Notes under the pieces: generated by a model
The model's input: the letters and a program-made list of their open reading frames with translations, nothing else
Database searches by the model: none
What the model was told of the DNA's origin: nothing
Shown here: positions 27,276 through 33,064 of the stretch, one piece after another
Numbering within the stretch: position 1 is the first letter of the stretch
How the letters are laid out: each line of letters begins with the position of its first letter
Origin: a virus
Lineage: Duplodnaviria > Caudoviricetes
DNA: 33,064 bases
Direction: 5' to 3' (one strand)
IMG/VR virus record: IMGVR_UViG_3300034279_000131
Location: 1 to 33,064 of that record
Position numbers and translations under genes: made by a program

Positions 27276-27536
27276 ATGCCCTACAGACCTATTTCTGACT
27301 GGGCCAAAAGAAATAAAAAAGTAATAGATGGATATGTTTTAGTATGGGTTCCAGAGCATCCTAAATGTTTTTCTAAAGGTTGGTACTACGAGCATCGCCT
27401 TGTCATGGAAAAAAAATATTGTAGAATATTAAAGGACTGGGAAACTGTACATCACATTAATGGTGACAAAGAATGCAACGAGGAGTATAATCTTTTCGTA
27501 TGCACCCGCGCTCAACATATGAAAGCGCATAAATAG
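27276..27536 (+). CDS. HNH endonuclease
   Basis: GYVLVWVPEHP...YEHRLVME...ETVHHINGDK..N...NL...H...H is the phage HNH_3-type signature. Confidence 0.88.
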   Translation: MPYRPISDWAKRNKKVIDGYVLVWVPEHPKCFSKGWYYEHRLVMEKKYCRILKDWETVHHINGDKECNEEYNLFVCTRAQHMKAHK

Positions 27537-27547
27537 ATAGGAATTTT

Positions 27548-28303
27548 ATGAATAACGACCTAAAGTGGATGATGGTTTCAGACGTTCACTTCCCTAGGCA
27601 CGACCCGCGTAAGGTAGACCTTTTTCTTAAAGTTATGAAATGGTTTAAGCCAGACGCAGTAGATTTGCTTGGTGATATTGACGATGCAGATTCCACTAGT
27701 CGGTGGGCAGCAGATAAGCCACTAGAAATGTCAATTTCTATAGATGATGGAGGAGTTCGTGAAACAAAGCAGTTCCTTAAAGATATCAGAAAGATCGTCC
27801 CCAATGCTGATTGTCATTTTCACGATGGGAATCATGGCTGGACTCGCCACGGCGAATACCTTGCTAAGAAAGCGCCGCAGTTCCTTGAAATAATAACAGC
27901 AGATACACTATATGATTACTCCAATGCTGGGTTTGAGTGGCACAATTGGAACGAGCCCCCAGTACAACGTTTTGGAGATATCTATGGTCATCATGGAGAA
28001 TCTATCTCTAAGCACGCTGGGGAGTCAGTCCGCAATGACGTAAATAACTGGGGCGTATCTCTAGTGCGTGGACATTCACATAGAATGGGTGCATATTTTC
28101 AGACATATAATCTAAGTGGTCAGGAGTTGCGTGGCTATGAAATTGGTCATCTATGCGACGAAGATCAGATGGATTATTCTATTCAAAAGAATTGGCAGGC
28201 AGGATTTGCCGTAGCCCATGTTGTAAATGATTATCCACACATGCAGTTGATTCAAATTCATGACTATACATGCGTGGTAGACGGGAAAATATTCACGGCA
28301 TGA
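27548..28303 (+). CDS. Calcineurin-like metallophosphoesterase
   Basis: All five motifs are present: SDVH, GDIDD, GNH, HG and GHSHR. Confidence 0.9.
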   Translation: MNNDLKWMMVSDVHFPRHDPRKVDLFLKVMKWFKPDAVDLLGDIDDADSTSRWAADKPLEMSISIDDGGVRETKQFLKDIRKIVPNADCHFHDGNHGWTRHGEYLAKKAPQFLEIITADTLYDYSNAGFEWHNWNEPPVQRFGDIYGHHGESISKHAGESVRNDVNNWGVSLVRGHSHRMGAYFQTYNLSGQELRGYEIGHLCDEDQMDYSIQKNWQAGFAVAHVVNDYPHMQLIQIHDYTCVVDGKIFTA

Positions 28304-28473
28304 TGACACATAAAAAATGTAAAGGTAGCGTCTATGTAGATAGAGTATTTTCTGGACCACTCAGGCTAGATCTATTCTGTTTAAGATGCGGTAAAAGATG
28401 GTTTATTCAAAGGAATAAGGGAGCATTTGGCCCATGGCTAAGTCGAATAGAATACGAAAAGGAACTAGCCTAA
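28300..28473 (+). CDS. Small zinc-ribbon protein
   Basis: Probable start ATG 28300 (ATGA overlap). HKKC...CLRCG ligand pairs. Confidence 0.65.
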   Translation: MMTHKKCKGSVYVDRVFSGPLRLDLFCLRCGKRWFIQRNKGAFGPWLSRIEYEKELA

Positions 28474-28949
28474 GATATTTTTTTCTTAATGGCGAGGTTC
28501 ATAAAGTACTAAGAATAAGCCGTGCAGAAGATATTATAACTGCCTGGAATTATCCACAGGGAAAACGTTGCAGTTATATTTGGTCGGTAACAAAATCTAA
28601 TATGCAAAAAGCCTTCACTATGAAACAGGTATCTAAAATATTTAGAAGAGATCCATTAGTTATTCATGGTTATATTAAAGAAGGCAAGATAAGAAGGCCG
28701 TATCAAATATATACAATTGATGATAATAGAAACCCAGGTAAGTTTATTTTTCATGAAGATGAGTTAAGAGAATTACATTCTTTCCTTCTAACAGTTCATA
28801 GAGGAAGGCCAAGAAATGATGGTCAAATTACTCAATCAAAAGTTATGTCAAGGGCGGAACTTGAAGCCTTGATGAAAGAAGAAACTGTACTTTATACTAA
28901 AGACTCTGCTGGAGAATTTGTTCCAGTATGGAAGCAACCAGATTGGTGA
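28434..28949 (+). CDS. Helix-turn-helix DNA-binding protein (MerR/excisionase-like)
   Basis: FTMKQVSKIFRRDPLVIHGYIKEGKI...FIFHEDELREL is a winged-HTH pattern, followed by an AT-hook-like RGRPR. GGGAG RBS. Confidence 0.7.
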   Translation: MAKSNRIRKGTSLRYFFLNGEVHKVLRISRAEDIITAWNYPQGKRCSYIWSVTKSNMQKAFTMKQVSKIFRRDPLVIHGYIKEGKIRRPYQIYTIDDNRNPGKFIFHEDELRELHSFLLTVHRGRPRNDGQITQSKVMSRAELEALMKEETVLYTKDSAGEFVPVWKQPDW

Positions 28950-28951
28950 TA

Positions 28952-29182
28952 ATGGGTAAAAAGAAAAAAGAAGAAAAAGTATTAGATCAAGATGGCATAC
29001 TTAATGAGTGTGCCACATCTTTAGACACCGCATTTATTTTTGCGGTAGAGCATAGAGATGTTGATGCCATGTTAGCAGTATCAGATAGATGGCTAAGACT
29101 ATATGCTATGCTTTCTCAATTAGAAGAAGATACAAAAGAACAACTAAAGTTAGGGTTTATTGATGACAACTCACAATCATGA
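28952..29182 (+). CDS. Hypothetical protein
   Basis: Probable start ATG 28952, just after the previous stop. Helical; tiles the operon. Confidence 0.6.
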   Translation: MGKKKKEEKVLDQDGILNECATSLDTAFIFAVEHRDVDAMLAVSDRWLRLYAMLSQLEEDTKEQLKLGFIDDNSQS

Positions 29183-29381
29183 ATCAACAAATGTCAGAGT
29201 CGAACTACAGTTTGTAAGAAATCTGGGGAACTACGAAAGCCTCAGAGTCTCTATTGGGGTAGAAGATTATGTCCGACAGGGAGAAACTGTTGACGCAGCA
29301 ACAGATAGGGTGTATGATTTCGTAGAAAGCAAGATCGTGGAGAAGGTTTCAGAAATTGAGAAGGAGTTAAAGAATGGCTAA
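29163..29381 (+). CDS. Hypothetical phage protein (NLGNYES motif)
   Basis: Beta-beta-alpha pattern VRVELQFVRNLGNYESLRVSIG. Overlaps its neighbours as in a coupled operon. Confidence 0.7.
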   Translation: MTTHNHESTNVRVELQFVRNLGNYESLRVSIGVEDYVRQGETVDAATDRVYDFVESKIVEKVSEIEKELKNG

Positions 29382-29697
29382 GGCTGATACAAAACAGCCA
29401 TATGCACTTCTAAGCCTTTATGAAAAACTGTATTCTGAGAAGTATAAAAAGATTGCCCGACTTAACAAGTTTAAGGAAAAGTGGGCTATGCAAGATGTTA
29501 TCGAATCAGTCGGATATGACAGGGCGCGAGAACTGCTTGAGTATTATTTTCGTGTTACTAAGCAGGGGCATCCACTTCAATGGTTCTTCTATAATTTCGA
29601 CAGATTAGATGACATGCTGCTACAATCAGAGGAAGATATGCAGCGCCGTCGCAAGTTGCGTGAGGCCACTAAGAAAATGGTAGAGGATAATTCATGA
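29374..29697 (+). CDS. Hypothetical protein, possible helicase-associated factor
   Basis: 107 aa, AAGGAG RBS, ATGA-coupled to the helicase. Function is inferred from position only. Confidence 0.6.
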   Translation: MAKADTKQPYALLSLYEKLYSEKYKKIARLNKFKEKWAMQDVIESVGYDRARELLEYYFRVTKQGHPLQWFFYNFDRLDDMLLQSEEDMQRRRKLREATKKMVEDNS

Positions 29698-30920
29698 ACA
29701 CAGAAGCAGCAGTAATTACATCAGTATGTCAGAATAAGGATATTGCTACTATTCTGGCAGACAATGTTGATGATATCTTCCAGTCCCACCGCGACGTTTG
29801 GGAAGGTCTAAAGTCTTACTACTATAAGTTTAAGTCTGTTCCAGATGCTAATGTGCTTCAGGAAAAATTCCGTGACTTTGAGCCTGTTAAGGTTACTGCT
29901 GAGACTGGGTACTATCTTGATCAATTAAAGAATGAATACCTTGCATCTCGTATGCGTAATCTTCTTATGAAGAGCGGTGCATCTCTTAAAGATAATGCTG
30001 CTGCCAGAGTCCTTGCTGATATGCAATCAGAAATTGCATCTCTATCTAGACTTACTAATAATGTTCGTGACGTAGATCTAACAGATTACGAACTTGCAGA
30101 AAAACATATTATTGCTGTACAGGAACGCTCTGCTGTAATGGGCGGTAGCCCAGGCATTAAAACTGGCTTTACGGCACTAGATTTAGCGTACCCTACAGGA
30201 ATGGCCCCTGGGCATTTAATTGTCGCTATTGGCTGGCCTGGACGCGGTAAGACATGGCTTACATCGTATCTTGCTTGTAAGGCGTGGGAGCAGGGATTCA
30301 AGCCCATGATTGTTTCTCTAGAGATGAGTCCAGAAAATATGCGTGATCGTATTTACACCATGCTTGGAAGTGGATTATTTAGAGCATCTGACTTTTCCCG
30401 TGGCAATATTAATATCGATGACTTCCATCATTGGGCTAAGAAGCGCTTTGATGATAAGAATAGTTTTATTCTAGTATCTAACGAGGGAACAAATGAAGTT
30501 ACTCCACAGACGGTACAAGGTAAGATCGATCAGCACCGCCCCGACCTTGTTATCCTTGATTATCACCAGTTGTTTAATGACACTAAGCGATCTAATTCTG
30601 AAGTTGAGCGGAACCGAAACATCTCGCGGGAATTCAAACTACTAGCAGTTCGTAATAATATTCCTGTAATTGATATTACCGCAGCCACAATGGATGATGT
30701 ATCAGATCAAGATGCCCCTCCGTTGCTATCACAGGTAGCATGGTCAAAGGCTATTGAATACGATGCTGATATGGCTATGGCTGTTCATCGTCATCCAGAT
30801 ACAAACATTATTGAAGTTGTCTCACGAAAGAACCGTCACGGCACAGATTTTGCATTCTATCTAGACTGGGATATTGATAGGGGTGTTGTTAAAGAGATTT
30901 ACGATGATATACCAGTCTAA
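29694..30920 (+). CDS. dnaB: DnaB-like replicative helicase
   Basis: TGFTALD, Walker A GWPGRGKT, SLEMS, Walker B LVILDY, IEYDAD and KNRHG are SF4 motifs. Confidence 0.95.
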   Translation: MNTEAAVITSVCQNKDIATILADNVDDIFQSHRDVWEGLKSYYYKFKSVPDANVLQEKFRDFEPVKVTAETGYYLDQLKNEYLASRMRNLLMKSGASLKDNAAARVLADMQSEIASLSRLTNNVRDVDLTDYELAEKHIIAVQERSAVMGGSPGIKTGFTALDLAYPTGMAPGHLIVAIGWPGRGKTWLTSYLACKAWEQGFKPMIVSLEMSPENMRDRIYTMLGSGLFRASDFSRGNINIDDFHHWAKKRFDDKNSFILVSNEGTNEVTPQTVQGKIDQHRPDLVILDYHQLFNDTKRSNSEVERNRNISREFKLLAVRNNIPVIDITAATMDDVSDQDAPPLLSQVAWSKAIEYDADMAMAVHRHPDTNIIEVVSRKNRHGTDFAFYLDWDIDRGVVKEIYDDIPV

Positions 30921-30928
30921 TGTATAAT
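30920..30928 (+). promoter_or_regulatory. -10 element ATGTATAAT, possible near-leaderless transcript
   Basis: TATAAT at 30923-30928 lies 10 nt before ATG 30939, and no SD is visible. Confidence 0.45.
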
Positions 30929-30938
30929 TAAATATACC

Positions 30939-31217
30939 ATGAATAAAAAACTGAAGAGTTTCGGTATGCAGGGTCAGATTCATGATGATGCTGCAATACC
31001 AAGGTTAAGATTAGAGTATGAAAGACTCATAGAATCTGACATGAGAGAGCAGGGATACGTCCCGATACTTGACCTGGACATTCAGTTTTCTTTATTATAT
31101 GATGAACCACAAGACCTATACGAATTTGATATAGTGGTGTACGGTGTGTATGTTGGTAAAAAGAAAGCACATCTATATGAGGGTTTTTCAGGACAGAGTT
31201 TAATTCCTAAAGAATAA
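30939..31217 (+). CDS. Hypothetical protein between helicase and primase
   Basis: 92-aa ORF that fills the gap. Confidence 0.65.
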   Translation: MNKKLKSFGMQGQIHDDAAIPRLRLEYERLIESDMREQGYVPILDLDIQFSLLYDEPQDLYEFDIVVYGVYVGKKKAHLYEGFSGQSLIPKE

Positions 31218-31225
31218 GGAAAGTA

Positions 31226-32185
31226 ATGCTATTGGAAACTTACAGCCCCTCGCATATGCGAGCGATAGTGAGACTACTTGGCCTGCACGTTGTAAGTGAA
31301 ACTTCTAATGACTTTTTATGCCTATGTCCATTTCATGGCAATAGGCATACTCCATCATTTTCAGTAAGTCATCAGAAGGGATTATATCTATGCTTTAATC
31401 CATCGTGTGGTGCTAGCGGAACTATTGTTGAGTTGGTAAAAAATATTACACACCGCAACGAGTTTGAAGCCTTAAGATTTATAATGTCTGCCCAGCAGAC
31501 AGCAGAACAAAATTTTGAGGAGGAGTTGGCAGAAGTCTTAGATGATAAGCCTGAGTACGCCGACTTTGACCAGAATGTCTTAGATCGACTGCATTCTCAG
31601 ATCAATGATAGATCTAGAGAATATTTAAATGGTCGCGGAATAAATGATGAATCAATTGATCACTTTAAACTTGGTTATTCTGCAAGTCAGGACATGGTAA
31701 TTGTTCCAGTACATTCACCAGATGGAGTACCTGTGGGTCTTGTAGGAAGATCGATAGAGGGAAAGTCTTTTAAGAATAGTACAGGATTACCAAGAAATAA
31801 GACTATGTTTAATATCCACCGCGCTAAAAGAATGGGCGGAACGGCAATCATAGTAGAGTCTTCCTTTGACGCTATTAGAGTACATCAGTCTGGATATCCA
31901 AATGTTGTAGCCTCTTTAGGAGGCTCTATGTCTAAGATAAATCTTAATAACCTTAACAGAAACTTCAGTAAGATTATTATCATGACTGATGCTGATGAGG
32001 CAGGAAGAAGCCTTGGGAAACTCATAGCAAATACATTAAAGACAAAAGAAATCTTGTGGGCACACTATTCAAATGATATTCTATACCCACATGACGCAAA
32101 AGATGTTGGGGATATGACAGAAGAAGAGATTAGAACTTGTATAGAAAATTCCCTTGCAGACTACGAATACAGAATGGTACAATAG
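31226..32185 (+). CDS. dnaG: DNA primase (CHC2 zinc finger plus TOPRIM)
   Basis: CPFH...TPSF...CFNPSC zinc finger; YLNGRGI; IIVESSFDA and MTDADEAG TOPRIM motifs; KDVGD. Confidence 0.93.
   Translation: MLLETYSPSHMRAIVRLLGLHVVSETSNDFLCLCPFHGNRHTPSFSVSHQKGLYLCFNPSCGASGTIVELVKNITHRNEFEALRFIMSAQQTAEQNFEEELAEVLDDKPEYADFDQNVLDRLHSQINDRSREYLNGRGINDESIDHFKLGYSASQDMVIVPVHSPDGVPVGLVGRSIEGKSFKNSTGLPRNKTMFNIHRAKRMGGTAIIVESSFDAIRVHQSGYPNVVASLGGSMSKINLNNLNRNFSKIIIMTDADEAGRSLGKLIANTLKTKEILWAHYSNDILYPHDAKDVGDMTEEEIRTCIENSLADYEYRMVQ
32175..32183 (+). promoter_or_regulatory. Extended -10 promoter TGGTACAAT
   Basis: TGnTAnAAT at the end of the primase gene, upstream of the SSB leader (AGGAG RBS). Confidence 0.55.
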
Positions 32186-32229
32186 TTATACAGGGCATAA
32201 TATAGCCCAATATACATAGGAGATATACA

Positions 32230-32895
32230 ATGGGATTAGTAAAAGGTCTTAAGGCCATGAACCAAACAATTGATCGCCCCGCTGCTTCTTCAGACGGTCC
32301 TCGCGGTCGCTGGCTAAAGTTGAACGATGGTCAGAGTGTTAAGATTAAGTTTCTTCAGGAACTAGATCCTGATTCACCAAATTATAGCGATAAGGCTGGA
32401 CTAGCATTTATTGCTGTTGAGCATACCAACCCATCCGATTACCGTCGCAAGGCTCTTTGTAGCATTGAAGATCAGGGTCGCTGCTTTGGATGCGAGATGC
32501 ATCGTCGTGACCCCAAGGCTGGGTGGAAGGGCCGTAGCCGACTCTACTGCAACATTCTTGTAAACGATGGCAATGAAGATCCATATGTTGCAATTTTCTC
32601 TCAGGGTACTGGCCCCAAGTCAGCCACTCCTGAGATTATCCAGTACGCTGGAGAGACTGGAAGCATCACTTCCAATACCTGGCGATTGAAGCGCACAGGA
32701 GAGCGCACCGATACAAACTACAGCATCATTCCACTACCTACTGATTCAGATCCAGTAGATATTGACGAACTAGAACTGTTTGATCTTGAGAAGATCGCAG
32801 TTCGTGACGTTCCTTACGATGAGCAAGAAGGCTTCTACACAGGTGTTTCTGGCGGAGAAGATAGCGGTTCATCATCATCAAATGTTGAATGGTAA
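32230..32895 (+). CDS. Single-stranded DNA-binding protein (T4 gp32-like)
   Basis: WLKLNDGQSVKIKFL; H...C...C..C putative zinc site; LKRTGERTDTNYSIIP; acidic tail ending VEW. Lies between primase and polymerase. Confidence 0.8.
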   Translation: MGLVKGLKAMNQTIDRPAASSDGPRGRWLKLNDGQSVKIKFLQELDPDSPNYSDKAGLAFIAVEHTNPSDYRRKALCSIEDQGRCFGCEMHRRDPKAGWKGRSRLYCNILVNDGNEDPYVAIFSQGTGPKSATPEIIQYAGETGSITSNTWRLKRTGERTDTNYSIIPLPTDSDPVDIDELELFDLEKIAVRDVPYDEQEGFYTGVSGGEDSGSSSSNVEW

Positions 32896-32911
32896 ATAGA
32901 TATTGTGTTAC

Positions 32912-32943
32912 GCTAGGGCGGTAGGGTAACCTATCGCCCTAGC
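32912..32943 (+). terminator. GC-rich hairpin after SSB (terminator/attenuator without a U-tract)
   Basis: GCTAGGGCGGTAGG-GTAA-CCTATCGCCCTAGC: a 14-bp stem (one G-U pair) with a GNRA loop. Confidence 0.65.
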
Positions 32944-32960
32944 CACATTATAGGAGATAA

Positions 32961-33064
32961 ATGTCAGACCTAGTACACTTGCATGTCCATAGTCATTATA
33001 GTCTTATGGATGGACTTTCTTCACCAGCAGAATTACTCGCTGCAGCAAAGGATCTTGGACAGAC
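32961..33064 (+). CDS. dnaE: DNA polymerase III alpha subunit (DnaE-like), N-terminal PHP domain, 3'-truncated; not in the ORF track
   Basis: My translation is MSDLVHLHVHSHYSLMDGLSSPAELLAAAKDLGQ, the canonical HLHVHSxYSxxDG start of DnaE. AGGAG RBS. Confidence 0.92.
   Translation, partial: MSDLVHLHVHSHYSLMDGLSSPAELLAAAKDLGQ

Noticed and set aside
48-29608. Nested + strand ORFs 48..239, 798..1040 and 29420..29608
   Set aside because: They lie out of frame inside well-supported genes and show no motifs or convincing RBS.
29694-32185. Intein or intron in the helicase or primase
   Set aside because: Both have compact lengths and contiguous motifs, with no intein splice motifs.
124-32593. All minus-strand ORFs in the track (e.g. 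986..1435, 3451..3849, 22664..23110)
   Set aside because: They are antisense shadows of long + strand genes, with Ser/Pro/Leu/Phe-rich composition and no recognisable motifs.
1-33064. Stop-codon reassignment
   Set aside because: TAA, TAG and TGA all terminate genes at sensible boundaries, and coding density is complete under the standard code.
1-33064. tRNA genes, CRISPR array, att site or integrase
   Set aside because: Intergenic gaps are short (under about 110 nt) and are accounted for by terminators, promoters and RBSs. I saw no cloverleaf or spaced repeat array.
1-33064. Apparent abundance of CTAG/TCTAGA sites
   Set aside because: It could follow simply from CTA and AGA codon use. I cannot compute observed/expected ratios here, so I make no restriction-avoidance claim.

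Overview
A 33 kb internal segment of a large, AT-rich, tailed dsDNA phage. It looks like a siphovirus, and its gene order resembles that of Streptomyces BE/BK-type and related freshwater actinophages; the actinobacterial host is an inference. All credible genes are on the + strand and use the standard genetic code. The order is: scaffold/protease C-terminus, major capsid protein, head-tail joining genes, major tail protein, tail assembly chaperones, a 2332-aa tape measure protein, tail-tip/hub genes, two large FN3/Ig-rich fibre/adhesin proteins, a short accessory block (coiled-coil proteins, GNAT acetyltransferase, HNH nuclease, metallophosphoesterase, Zn-ribbon, HTH), and a replisome block (DnaB-like helicase, primase, gp32-like SSB, start of a DnaE-like Pol III alpha). 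Signals read directly from the DNA are: a -1 frameshift site (C CCA AAC) with a stimulatory hairpin, a recurrent extended -10 promoter (TGnTATAAT) placed at gene ends or right behind terminators, a near-identical bulged Shine-Dalgarno leader on the capsid and tail-tube genes, and two contrasting arginine codon regimes. The most unusual items are a hub gene that appears split with an NlpC/P60 peptidase at the break, a promoter-bounded GNAT cassette behind the fibres, and a small beta-domain inserted three times in the fibre genes. Two genes missing from the ORF track were added (26693..26863 and 32961..end). I found no tRNA, CRISPR array, integrase, reverse transcriptase, intein or lysis cassette. 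I could not demonstrate a wholly new system; the candidates listed are hypotheses. Protein family calls come from motif recognition, not database searches.
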